Of a DNA stretch of 64,000 nucleotides, positions 1-8,679 are shown one piece after another. Both the position numbers and the translations under genes were made by a program. Positions within the stretch are counted from its first letter, which is position 1; every line of letters starts with the position of its first letter. The stretch is from a virus: the IMG/VR virus record IMGVR_UViG_3300009103_001934, positions 114,488 through 178,487 of that record. One strand, given 5' to 3'. Below the pieces are notes generated by a model. It was not told the origin of the DNA and did not search any database. It saw only the letters and a program-made list of their open reading frames with translations.

Positions 1-1
1 C

Positions 2-1036
2 CAAGGGCATCGTCGCGGAATCATGGGCAAAGTATTGCCTTACATTCTGGAACAGGAGAAGAATGTCTATTTAATTAAATTTAATAGCGAGGCAGAGAAG
101 AAGCGTTGGAAAGCGTATGCGGGTTTCGACACTAAAATGCTCAAATTGAGCGAGATGGAGAAACGTCCGTTGAGTGATTTCGCTGGATACTCTGCTGCTC
201 CTGCTGGTTCTGGAGTGGGTGAGAAGAACAAAAAGCACTCTGCAAAGTGTTTCACGTTCAAATTCGACCACAAGGGACAGTATTGGGACAGAAAGAAGTC
301 CTCTTGGTGGAGCATCGCAGACGTAGACGTAGCAGACACTAGCGAAACGCGAGTGTACGTTATCCTAGACCAATTCCAAGCAGAGAGGAATAATGGCGAT
401 GGATACCCAACTACCGAAGTACCTAACAAGATTAAGGAACTGAAGAACTGCTTTGAGCAAGCTCATATCCCCTTCCCCGAAAACGTGTATGGGTTCAAGC
501 TCAAGAATCGTAGTGATGTGGAAGGTAAGGACGGTTGGATTACCCTCTGGGATTACATCCAAGTCACGCTCAAGGAGAAGCTCAAGGACGGTGAGTATGA
601 ATTGGCATGGGCCGATATGCTGGAATTGAAGGCACTTGAGAATGACCGTGACCTTGTGGAAGATTACTGGAATTGGGACGCTAAAGGACTCCTGACGCAA
701 TTAAGAGCCTCCATAGAGGATATGGCACTCAAGGATGCAGAAGGTTCTGCTCATGCGTTAGCGTGTAATTTCGGGCTAATGAAGGCACGTTCTGGACGCG
801 ATGGCGTTGAGACAATCAAGAACCTTTGCTCTCAATTCGGCATCGAAGTGAATCTGAAGGGTAAACCATCATTTCCGCTCATAAAAGAGTTCAAAAAGGC
901 ACTGAAACGCTACCCGATGCTCAAGCACATCAAATCCGATGTGTGGAGGCACGGCAAAGTGCAAGGTATGAAGGAAATCGTCAACTACATCAATCTGGTT
1001 GACGTATGTAACCAATCCTCAAGCACAGAGGAGTAA
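2..1036 (+). CDS. rIIA: RIIA-like protein, C-terminal part (5'-truncated by window)
   Basis: Frame open from base 2; lies upstream of a clear rIIB-like gene. The call rests mainly on synteny. Confidence 0.55.
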   Translation, partial: QGHRRGIMGKVLPYILEQEKNVYLIKFNSEAEKKRWKAYAGFDTKMLKLSEMEKRPLSDFAGYSAAPAGSGVGEKNKKHSAKCFTFKFDHKGQYWDRKKSSWWSIADVDVADTSETRVYVILDQFQAERNNGDGYPTTEVPNKIKELKNCFEQAHIPFPENVYGFKLKNRSDVEGKDGWITLWDYIQVTLKEKLKDGEYELAWADMLELKALENDRDLVEDYWNWDAKGLLTQLRASIEDMALKDAEGSAHALACNFGLMKARSGRDGVETIKNLCSQFGIEVNLKGKPSFPLIKEFKKALKRYPMLKHIKSDVWRHGKVQGMKEIVNYINLVDVCNQSSSTEE

Positions 1037-1041
1037 AAAAC

Positions 1042-1083
1042 AGGGGGGCGTGAGGGTTTAGTAGGTTTTCCCTCGCGCTCCCC
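1042..1083 (+). terminator. GC-rich hairpin after rIIA
   Basis: GGGGGCGTGAGGG...CCCTCGCGCTCCC inverted repeat; no clear downstream U-tract. Confidence 0.45.
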
Positions 1084-1133
1084 GTCTTAAAAAACGAACA
1101 AAAAAACTAATTAAATTAATTTTATTAAGAAAA

Positions 1134-1544
1134 ATGGAAAACAACGAACTATCAAAAACGGAAAAGCTCGACGTAGCACTCCAAAGTCATAAGTTCTACA
1201 ATCACCAGTGCGTAGAATTAGAGAAGAAAATCAACATTAAGATTGATAGCATTTTTCAAACAGAAGAAACAGGAAAGAATATAAGTAAGAAAGATATTTT
1301 CGAGACGGTTGGTTTGGTAAATCAACTACTCTCCCTGTCAAGTAAGTATATGATGGAAGGCAAAAATGTTGTAAGTGAGTTAGAAAAAGTAGACCCAAAA
1401 GAAATTGAAGCGGATTTTGCAAAAGTAATGAAAAAGCAATTAACCGCGATGAACGAAAAACAAGAGGCAATTCACGATAGAGTGAGAGAGATACAACAAA
1501 TGCTGATTGAGATGTATAATGTTGATGAAGATGATACTTTTTAG
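1134..1544 (+). CDS. Hypothetical helical protein between rIIA and rIIB
   Basis: 136-aa AT-rich ORF. Confidence 0.7.
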   Translation: MENNELSKTEKLDVALQSHKFYNHQCVELEKKINIKIDSIFQTEETGKNISKKDIFETVGLVNQLLSLSSKYMMEGKNVVSELEKVDPKEIEADFAKVMKKQLTAMNEKQEAIHDRVREIQQMLIEMYNVDEDDTF

Positions 1545-1606
1545 TAAAAAAGACTTGTGTTAGAATAGGAAATCGACTAGAATAGAAAGATAGAGGAAAC
1601 AAAATT

Positions 1607-2416
1607 ATGATACCGCACATATTAACAGAAAACAGTCTGACAGTGGTGATAAATGGTCAGGCTCAAACCATGAACAGTGACCATCCAGCTTGGGAACAAG
1701 CGAAGGATGCACTCAAGAGTTCCGAATGGGAACGGCTTGAGAAGATGTTCGATGTGTCTCATGCCGTAGAGGATTACCTCGACGATGATGCCAACATCGA
1801 GGTAAAGGACGGAGCAGTATTCTACGGGGGCGAATCCGTTCATAACTATTGCGTAGACAAGATTCTCGATTTCATGCGGGATGGTCTACCATATCAACCC
1901 TTGGTTAAATTCCTTGGAAAGCTCATGGCGAATCCCTCTCGTCGTGCCACAGAGGAGTTGTATCGGTTCTTGGAGCATAAATCCATGCCCCTGACCCCAG
2001 AAGGCAACTTCCTCGCTTACAAAGGCGTGACGAACGATTTCAAGGATTGTTATAGCCGCAAGTTTGACAACTCTGTTGGACAGACCTTGAGCATGATTCG
2101 TAACAGTGTTTGCGATGATGCCAATATCGGTTGCTCTAACGGGTTTCATGCTGGCAGTTATGAATATGCCAAGGGTTACGCTTCTAGCGGGGGCAATCTG
2201 ATGATTGTGGAAATTGACCCATCTGATGTGGTCAGCGTCCCTCACGATTGCGACTGTCAGAAGTTGCGTACTGCGTCATATAAAGTCGTAGGTCACATGG
2301 AGAGTATCGACGCTCCCCCGCTGGACGATGGTATCAATTACGACTATTACTCCGACGAGGAGAATGAGGCATACGCCGAAGGGTACGAACAAGCCAAAAA
2401 GGACTTGGGGTACTAG
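1607..2416 (+). CDS. rIIB: RIIB-like protein
   Basis: FLAYKGV, GCSNGFHAGSYEYA and VEIDPSDVVSVPHDCDCQKLR motifs typical of the RIIB C-terminal domain. Confidence 0.85.
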   Translation: MIPHILTENSLTVVINGQAQTMNSDHPAWEQAKDALKSSEWERLEKMFDVSHAVEDYLDDDANIEVKDGAVFYGGESVHNYCVDKILDFMRDGLPYQPLVKFLGKLMANPSRRATEELYRFLEHKSMPLTPEGNFLAYKGVTNDFKDCYSRKFDNSVGQTLSMIRNSVCDDANIGCSNGFHAGSYEYAKGYASSGGNLMIVEIDPSDVVSVPHDCDCQKLRTASYKVVGHMESIDAPPLDDGINYDYYSDEENEAYAEGYEQAKKDLGY

Positions 2417-2421
2417 AAGCA

Positions 2422-2450
2422 CGGGGGGCGGGGAATAAACCCCGCTCCCC
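2422..2450 (+). terminator. Hairpin after rIIB
   Basis: GGGGGCGGG-AATAAA-CCCGCTCCCC followed by an AT/T-rich tract. Confidence 0.55.
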
Positions 2451-2892
2451 ATATTATTTTTATTATTTTAATTAGCAAGTGCGGTTAATTGACTGAACTT
2501 TCATACCTTATACATATACAAAGGAACCTACTTATGATGAAATTACAACCTTATAGATATACCTTAACATATAATGGAATTTATTTTCTTTGTGGCGTTC
2601 TTTATTTGGTTTATGAAGAACGGAGATGACTTATTCGGAGGGATGGGGGGAGATTAAATCCCCCCTTTCCCCCACTTTCCTCCCCTTTTCCCCACTTTAT
2701 CTTCAACAAATTCACATCCAAAATATACCTAGACAGACAGTAGTAATAGAAAGAAAGAATAAAGGTATTACTTATTGTCATATATTACGGGTCTGCGCGA
2801 TTTATATTTATTAAAATATATTTAATTAATTTAATCTATTTATATAAGCAGGGGCAAAAATCATCTTATTATATTATAGTGTATTTATTTAT

Positions 2893-3144
2893 ATGGCTAA
2901 TAGTCATAAAATTAAAGTTGTTGACAAACCTTTAGGTAGACAGAAGGCAGTAGGACAGGCTTATACAGAAGCAAGAGTAATTGAAATAGACCCAAGACAA
3001 AAAAGTAAAGCATATTTAGATACATTAATACATGAAATGCTTCATGTCTATAATCCAGAGTGGTCTGAAAACAAAGTTACTAAAACTGCAAATGAAATGA
3101 CTGAAATTATTTGGCAAAAAAATTATAGAAGAATCAAAAGATAA
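2893..3144 (+). CDS. Small HExxH (SprT-like) metallopeptidase-like protein
   Basis: TLIHEMLH motif; GTGTAT motif 14 nt upstream. Confidence 0.6.
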   Translation: MANSHKIKVVDKPLGRQKAVGQAYTEARVIEIDPRQKSKAYLDTLIHEMLHVYNPEWSENKVTKTANEMTEIIWQKNYRRIKR

Positions 3145-3181
3145 TTAGCCGCCAATTTTAATTATTTTATTTATTAAATTT

Positions 3182-3301
3182 AGGTTCGACGAATGTGACC
3201 TCGAAATATAGCAGGTTCGACTAGGGTGATGGTGAAATATAGCAAAAATGAAAATGACTTCGAACATTTTGACCTCGAAATATAGCGCGGCGAAATATAG
3301 C
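3182..3301. repeat. Iteron-like direct repeats
   Basis: GAAATATAGC x4 (3203, 3234, 3277, 3292); TGACCTCGAAATATAGC x2; AGGTTCGAC x2. Confidence 0.85.
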
Positions 3302-3494
3302 CCCATCTCCACTGGAATGTCAAGAAAAAAATGCCCCAGACCCGTCCTTGAGAATGAGTCTCATTTGCGATTTTTAAGAAAATAACAAAGAAAAATGCTA
3401 ATTTTATTCATTTTAATAATTTTAATTGCAATTATAGATATTTTTACGAATAATCTTGACACAAATTAGGAAATAGTTCAATATATTTAATAAC

Positions 3495-3734
3495 ATGACT
3501 GCTCCCAAAAAGAAAACCAAGAAAAATAAATATAAGTTAGATGAAGCTGGACTAAAACTCGCCCAACGCTACGAAATGGCATGGCATAAGTTGTTTTATT
3601 CTAAAAGTAGATGGACACAAGAAGAAATAATTAATGAGCCGCATGGTAGACACGCGAATGAGTTTGCCAAGGAAGTAAGAAGGATGGCAGAGAACAATAG
3701 TATAGATATAAAAGTAAGTGGGAAGATTTATTAA
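3495..3734 (+). CDS. Hypothetical basic protein
   Basis: 79-aa ORF behind TTGACA-17-CAATAT. Confidence 0.7.
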   Translation: MTAPKKKTKKNKYKLDEAGLKLAQRYEMAWHKLFYSKSRWTQEEIINEPHGRHANEFAKEVRRMAENNSIDIKVSGKIY

Positions 3735-3796
3735 ATTTAATTTTATTATTTTATTTACTTGACCTCAACTTGGATAACCCTTATACTGGTTGAAGG

Positions 3797-4084
3797 ATGA
3801 ACGAAAAGAAAAAACGTAAATCGGGTGCGGGTCGGAAGAAAGGGAGCGTTAGCTTCTGTATGGTTCCCCTCACAGAGTTAGTATCCAAACTGCCTAGCGG
3901 GGCAATTATCGTAGTGAGTAGGAAGTTCTGCGAATCTATGGGTATCGAGGGGCAACCTGTCGTATCCACGCCGACCATGATGATGCCTCTTGCTACTGCT
4001 GCCAAAGCTAATGCCGTACAGGTTACTGACTTGAATGAAAGTAAGAAAGAAACCGCGCCAGACTTTAGCGTTGACAACTGGTAA
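3797..4084 (+). CDS. Small protein with AT-hook-like basic N-terminus
   Basis: KKKRKSGAGRKKGS; own promoter TTGACC-17-TATACT. Confidence 0.7.
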   Translation: MNEKKKRKSGAGRKKGSVSFCMVPLTELVSKLPSGAIIVVSRKFCESMGIEGQPVVSTPTMMMPLATAAKANAVQVTDLNESKKETAPDFSVDNW

Positions 4085-4107
4085 GAAATCCCTTACAATT
4101 AAAGACG

Positions 4108-5082
4108 ATGAGTGAAACCTACTTCCCAGATATAATTGGTCAGAACCGTGTCAAAAAAGCGTTGGGCTTTTATATTGACGGTTATCAAGAAACGAATTGC
4201 ATACCGCATCTGATGTTTACTGCACCTCGCGGGTGCGGCAAGACTACGATGGCAACTGCTATGGCAAAGAACCTTGTTGGGCCTGACGGTGCGATTAAGC
4301 CTCTTATTACTATCAACTGTTCTACCATCAAGAGCCTCAAGCAGTTTTTCAATATGATTGTGATACCTCATATGGTTGAGCGTGATGCCACCGTGCTGTT
4401 TGACGAATGTTCTGAATTGCCCAAGGATGTGACGATGGCACTACTGACCATCACCAACCCTAATCCAGAGAACCAGAACGAGTTCTCCTATGAGGACTAT
4501 AACGTGGTGTTTGACTTTCGCCGCTTGAGCTTCATGTTCGCCACTACCGAAGGGCAAAGTATCTTCCATGCACTCATGGACAGAATGGAGCGCATCGACT
4601 TGGAAGAATATAAGTTAGATGAACTTGGTAAGATTGTGTTGCTTGGATTAGACGGTTATACTGTCGAGCAAAAAACGCTAGAGAGTATTTCTAACGTCCT
4701 GCGAGGCAACGCCCGTGCTGGTCAGAAAATGGCGATGAAGATGCGCCTATACCTTGATGCTAAAGGTCAGACTCATTTTGCCGACAAGGATTGGAAGGAA
4801 CTTATGGACAAGCTCGGTATCCTGCCGCTTGGCATCTCCGTCCAAGAACTCAACCTCATGCGTTACATGGCGCGGAAGAAGGCAACTCGCCTTACCGAAC
4901 TCGCCGCAATCACTGGACTCTCCAAGGGAGCAATCCAAAAAGATTATGAGTTATATCTCTCCAAAATGGGTCTAATGGAGATACAACCAGAGGGTCGCTC
5001 CCTCACAACAAAAGGATTGGAGTATCTTAATGACCTCGATGGAGTTAAAAAGAACAAGTCTAACAAGGCTAGTAAAAAATAA
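4108..5082 (+). CDS. ruvB: RuvB-like AAA+ branch-migration ATPase
   Basis: DIIGQ, Walker A APRGCGKT, Walker B LFDE, FATTE, LMDRM arginine finger, RGNAR sensor II, C-terminal ELYL...GRSLT; promoter TTGACA-17-TACAAT. Confidence 0.85.
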   Translation: MSETYFPDIIGQNRVKKALGFYIDGYQETNCIPHLMFTAPRGCGKTTMATAMAKNLVGPDGAIKPLITINCSTIKSLKQFFNMIVIPHMVERDATVLFDECSELPKDVTMALLTITNPNPENQNEFSYEDYNVVFDFRRLSFMFATTEGQSIFHALMDRMERIDLEEYKLDELGKIVLLGLDGYTVEQKTLESISNVLRGNARAGQKMAMKMRLYLDAKGQTHFADKDWKELMDKLGILPLGISVQELNLMRYMARKKATRLTELAAITGLSKGAIQKDYELYLSKMGLMEIQPEGRSLTTKGLEYLNDLDGVKKNKSNKASKK

Positions 5083-5110
5083 ATATAAAATAGATGATGA
5101 GCCTATACGG

Positions 5111-5332
5111 ATGTCTGATTACGAATGGCGCGGCACATTAAATAATAGTGATTTATTTGTAGTTATTAAATATAACCTTGGTGCTTGGAAAGTAAAATAT
5201 GCTGAAACAGAATACGATCTAAATAATGTAGATTATATATATGTAGCGCAAGAATGGAGTCCGATGAAGTATATTATAAATAAAGATAAGATAGAAATAA
5301 ATAACTTAATAACATTTTTAGGATGGAAATAA
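5111..5332 (+). CDS. Hypothetical protein (start uncertain)
   Basis: AT-rich ORF; first in-frame ATG beyond the ruvB overlap. Confidence 0.5.
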   Translation: MSDYEWRGTLNNSDLFVVIKYNLGAWKVKYAETEYDLNNVDYIYVAQEWSPMKYIINKDKIEINNLITFLGWK

Positions 5333-5378
5333 ATAAAAATAAACTTGAATTTAGTCAGGAAGTAGGCTAATATATAGA

Positions 5379-5451
5379 TGTGGGTGCAACGCCCACAGTT
5401 CGTTCATCATCATCGAATCCTCCTGCGGGAAACTGCGGGGGGATTTTTTTT
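5379..5451 (+). ncRNA. Candidate ~73-nt small regulatory RNA
   Basis: Promoter TTGAAT(5345)-17-TAATAT(5368); 5' hairpin TGTGGG/CCCACA; unpaired linker GTTCGTTCATCATCATCGA; terminator with G-U pairs valid only on + strand, then T8. Confidence 0.75.
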
Positions 5452-5690
5452 GTATTTTCTTTAAAACAGTGTAAATAATAATAAGACCTTGCTAAATAAA
5501 TAAATAAGGCAAGCTCAACAGGTTATGTTCAAATAAGCTTTGTAGAATAGGTTCGTCAAATATAGAACTGAAATAAAGTAAAAATAAAACAGGCCCAAAT
5601 AAGGTAAGGTTTAAACTAAATGAGAGTCAATCTCAACGTCCCTCCTTTATGCTAATGAGACTCATTCTCAATTTCACCGGTCCCGATGTT

Positions 5691-5793
5691 GGCAATCAAA
5701 ATTCCAAGAAAATGATCGACAAACTATTTTGCCGCTCACGAATGATCGACAAACAAATTTGCCAATCAAAATCTTCCCAAAATGATCGACAAA
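5691..5793. repeat. Helically phased iteron-like repeats
   Basis: AATGATCGACAAA at 5711, 5741, 5781 (30 and 40 bp apart); CAATCAAAAT at 5693 and 5763. Confidence 0.85.
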
Positions 5794-5810
5794 AAAAAGT
5801 AAAAAAAGGC

Positions 5811-5839
5811 TTGCACTAAAATGGGATGTACGGTATACT
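5811..5839 (+). promoter_or_regulatory. Sigma70-type promoter of the long RNA
   Basis: TTGCAC-17-TATACT. Confidence 0.75.
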
Positions 5840-5845
5840 ATTAAA

Positions 5846-6256
5846 ACAGTGAGGGTAACACCTCCACGATCTTTGAGACAATTTAAGAAGGCGACTGTGG
5901 TAGTCCTCACGCAAGTGAGTGCCCTCGCGGGAAAGCCCCCAGTGGAAGCGCGACGAAACTGGACGGTGATACGATACCGGAGGGATGGGGTTCGACTCCT
6001 CACGCCCTAACAATTTAAGCCTTGGGTGACGGAACAAACGTCCGACAGAGGAAACGGCCCAAGCAATTTTTACTCCGGCGACGGTTGGAGTAAGGGAATG
6101 GCTGAATAACCCTCCATCATAAGGGGTAAGGCACAGGGCCGCGCGTTAGAGTGCAATCGTATGAGGCGCGTGGTTCTGGTAGACTGGTAAACTTGAACTG
6201 TATTGTGCACTGGTCTTGATGGTAATGCAGCAATCCATCTTCCCATTAATTTAGCA
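5846..6256 (+). ncRNA. Large structured ncRNA candidate (family unassigned)
   Basis: No + strand ORF of 60 aa or more; dense hairpins (CTCAC-GCAA-GTGAG, CCAGT/ACTGG, CTTGGG/CCCAAG, TTACTCC/GGAGTAA, GATGG/CCATC) and a T-arm-like TGGGG-TTCGACT-CCTCA. Confidence 0.7.
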
Positions 6257-6348
6257 TAATCCTGAGGTTGGTGAAAACCATTAAAGAGATATTAAGCAAC
6301 AACGCCGAAATCCGCCTCTGATTTTTTTTGCCCTAATGTTAATTTTTT

Positions 6349-6412
6349 GCTTGACACGCCGGGACCGGTCCCGGCGCCTGTCAAGCTTTTTTTATTCACA
6401 GCCTGTGAGAAT
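6349..6412. repeat. Early module 1 (TTGACA-GGGACCGGTCCC-TGTCAAGC-T7, DnaA-box match)
   Basis: Palindrome 6361-6372; TTATTCACA 6392-6400. Confidence 0.9.
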
Positions 6413-6650
6413 TTCTTAAAAAGGGGCGATTTCTCCGGTGTGAAATTCGGCGTATATAAGAAACTATTTGACCCCATACCCTGCAAAAACAGTGTCAAGC
6501 TCAAAAACAATTACCCTATATAAACGCATTTAATTAGCCTAATTAAAAAAGATGTGTGTGACGTGCATTTTTTTCTTGCCAGTGATTAGGAAGTGTGAGA
6601 TAATGGTTTTAGTCGATTGAGACATAACTACTAACGAAAGAGAACGAACT

Positions 6651-7586
6651 ATGCCTATTACCGCAAAACAAAGCAAAAACAAAGATTGGGATTTCACCGT
6701 AGCACAGGAGGAGCTTTTCCTGCCTGACGGCAAGAAGTCCGGTTTCTTCGCGTCCCGCCGCCTCGACAACAACGAGGTGCTGGGCTGTCACACTAGCCGC
6801 TACGGCATCGTCCAGAATGGCGACCTAGTGGAAAAAGCCGAGAGTGCTTTTCGCCGCAAGGGATTGGGCGATTTTGAGCGCAACATCTATGTGACTGACG
6901 GCGGAGCCAAGCTGCGCGTCAATTACGACTTCCAAGGTCACGATATTGAAGTGCCAGAAGTGGGTGACAAGATGGGCTTTCGCCTGACCTTGCAAAACTC
7001 ATTTGACCGCTCGCTGCGCGTGTCCTTTGCGCTCGGTATGCTTCGCCTCGTTTGCACCAACGGTATGCAGACGCTCGAAAAGGAATTGGATATGCTCAAG
7101 AAGCACTCCAAGAACTTTGACCTCGGCGCGTTGCTGACTGATGACGCAATCGACAAGGCTATGGCTACGTTCACCAACACGGGGAACACATACGCCGCGC
7201 TGGCTCGCGTTGGAGTTACTCAAGAGCAAGGCATCTTCGCCCTGCAAAACCAAGCCAACACTGGTTTGATTTCTGACAAGGTGCGCGAGGGTATCGCAAG
7301 CGTGTGGAACAACCCACGCGAGGATGGTGCTGACGGTTCGGTTGGTGATGACCGCAACCTCTACCAACTCTACAACGCTGCCACGCAGTACCTCACCAGT
7401 GACAACTTGGTTGACAAGAAGTCTGGCGATGCTGTCGGCACGTTCGAGTCCACCCGCTTCGAGTACGCGAACCGCGTTAGCTCGCAACTGCTCAAGCGGT
7501 TCAACCTCGCCAGCGACAACCCCAAGCGGTTTGACAAACTGGTTGCGGTTGCCAAGGCTGACGGCGTAAAGGTCGAGAACAACTAG
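6651..7586 (+). CDS. DUF932/DUF945-family protein
   Basis: LQNSFDRS...LRLVCTNGM motif; strongly GC-rich codon bias. Confidence 0.85.
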   Translation: MPITAKQSKNKDWDFTVAQEELFLPDGKKSGFFASRRLDNNEVLGCHTSRYGIVQNGDLVEKAESAFRRKGLGDFERNIYVTDGGAKLRVNYDFQGHDIEVPEVGDKMGFRLTLQNSFDRSLRVSFALGMLRLVCTNGMQTLEKELDMLKKHSKNFDLGALLTDDAIDKAMATFTNTGNTYAALARVGVTQEQGIFALQNQANTGLISDKVREGIASVWNNPREDGADGSVGDDRNLYQLYNAATQYLTSDNLVDKKSGDAVGTFESTRFEYANRVSSQLLKRFNLASDNPKRFDKLVAVAKADGVKVENN

Positions 7587-7602
7587 GCCAAACCTACAAA
7601 CA

Positions 7603-7630
7603 CCCCCCGCCTTCGGGCGGGGATTTTTTT
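7603..7630 (+). terminator. Rho-independent terminator
   Basis: CCCCGCC-TTCG-GGCGGGG followed by a T tract. Confidence 0.85.
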
Positions 7631-7649
7631 GCGATTGTGGAAACTTTTT

Positions 7650-7695
7650 GCTTGACATTCGGCGGGACCGGTCCCGATTTTGTCAAGCTTTTTTT
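7650..7695. repeat. Early module 2
   Basis: TTGACA 7652, GGGACCGGTCCC 7664-7675, TGTCAA 7681. Confidence 0.9.
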
Positions 7696-7754
7696 GTGCG
7701 TTTGCGAATAACTTTCTTCTTGACGTAAAAGCGGATGTGTAGTACTATATAAAC

Positions 7755-7991
7755 ATGATGAACGAATTAGATCAACTCAAAGAAGACATTTGCATGAAGA
7801 GCTTCGGTCGCAGCCGAAGTCTCGCGCTAGCCGCAGGGCAGTGTGTTAAGTGTGGAACCTATGACCTCGACTTTCGCGATGAACCATCGCAACGTGAGTA
7901 CAAACTCACCGTGTGGTGTCAGTCGTGCCAAGACGATTTCTTCGGGCTGGATTCGGACGGTGAAATCGCATGGGAGGAGGATGAGGATTAA
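7755..7991 (+). CDS. Small Zn-finger protein, leaderless
   Basis: CVKC...CQSC; ATG 6 nt after -10 TACTAT. Confidence 0.75.
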   Translation: MMNELDQLKEDICMKSFGRSRSLALAAGQCVKCGTYDLDFRDEPSQREYKLTVWCQSCQDDFFGLDSDGEIAWEEDED

Positions 7992-8503
7992 TGGATATCG
8001 CAAACACACTTAAGCGCGAGGTCTATCGCAACCTTCACTTCAGGAACGAGACCGTTTATTCTGTACGTAAGGAAGGCCTTGTAGAGGGGCATGCCCTGAT
8101 GGTCATCATGGACGGAACGACTAAGACCCCAATTAAGTTTGCGGTCGGCCCTAAGGGCAACCAGCGCGTACGTGATGAAGAGCGCAAGAACGTGCACGCT
8201 GTTATCCGCGGGCACATCAACAACGCCGTGTGGTATACAAGTGACATGGATGTGGATGCATTCGAAATGGGTCATGCTAAGGATGCCTGCGAGTACTTTA
8301 AAAAACAGTACATGATCGAGCGTGAGGGATATCGATGGCTTGAGGTTGTATATAATCCTTACAAGTACCGCACCTTCATGACTCGTGACACGGATCCTTT
8401 CAGATCGAATGAAGACGTCTATGAGCCTATCTTTACCGCTCGCACAGTCATCATCGGCGAGACGTGCTGGGCGCAAGTCCGGGCGGAGCACGAGATGAAT
8501 TAA
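7991..8503 (+). CDS. Conserved phage hypothetical protein
   Basis: VYRNLH, RKNVHA, YNPYKY motifs; start overlaps upstream stop. Confidence 0.75.
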   Translation: MDIANTLKREVYRNLHFRNETVYSVRKEGLVEGHALMVIMDGTTKTPIKFAVGPKGNQRVRDEERKNVHAVIRGHINNAVWYTSDMDVDAFEMGHAKDACEYFKKQYMIEREGYRWLEVVYNPYKYRTFMTRDTDPFRSNEDVYEPIFTARTVIIGETCWAQVRAEHEMN

Positions 8504-8519
8504 TATTTTTCCTCCATCA

Positions 8520-8565
8520 GGCGGGTCCGGGTTTTATGTGTTTGACCGGGCCCGCCTACTTTTTT
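8520..8565 (+). terminator. Rho-independent terminator
   Basis: GGCGGGTCCGG...CCGGGCCCGCC followed by a T tract. Confidence 0.7.
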
Positions 8566-8629
8566 GCTTGACATTTCGGGACCGGTCCCGCGGCTTGTCA
8601 AGCTTTTTTTATCCACAACCTGTGAATTA
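8566..8629. repeat. Early module 3 with perfect DnaA box
   Basis: GGGACCGGTCCC 8578-8589; TGTCAA 8596; TTATCCACA 8609-8617. Confidence 0.9.
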
Positions 8630-8679
8630 TTTTTTCATTTTTTTCTTGCCTTTTTCTGCTCAACCTGTATAATGCTCGC

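Noticed and set aside
2626-2814. 62-aa ORF over a purine/pyrimidine tract
   Set aside because: Low-complexity intergenic sequence without coding features; possible triplex too weak to report
5354-5413. Minus-strand 20-aa ORF with AGGAGG RBS
   Set aside because: No promoter seen on that strand, and the hairpin's G-U pairs and U-tract favour a + strand RNA; retained only as the alternative hypothesis
5980-6060. tRNA or (permuted) tmRNA
   Set aside because: T-arm present but no D or anticodon arms, no CCA, no G3-U70 alanine identity; kept as part of the unassigned ncRNA
7438-7460. GTTCGAGTCC tRNA-like motif
   Set aside because: Lies inside the DUF932 coding frame with no cloverleaf
6999-7658. 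Long antisense ORFs, also 14318-14791, 26018-26434, 41825-42265, 61126-63013
   Set aside because: Shadows of codon-biased or repetitive + strand genes; no motifs or promoters
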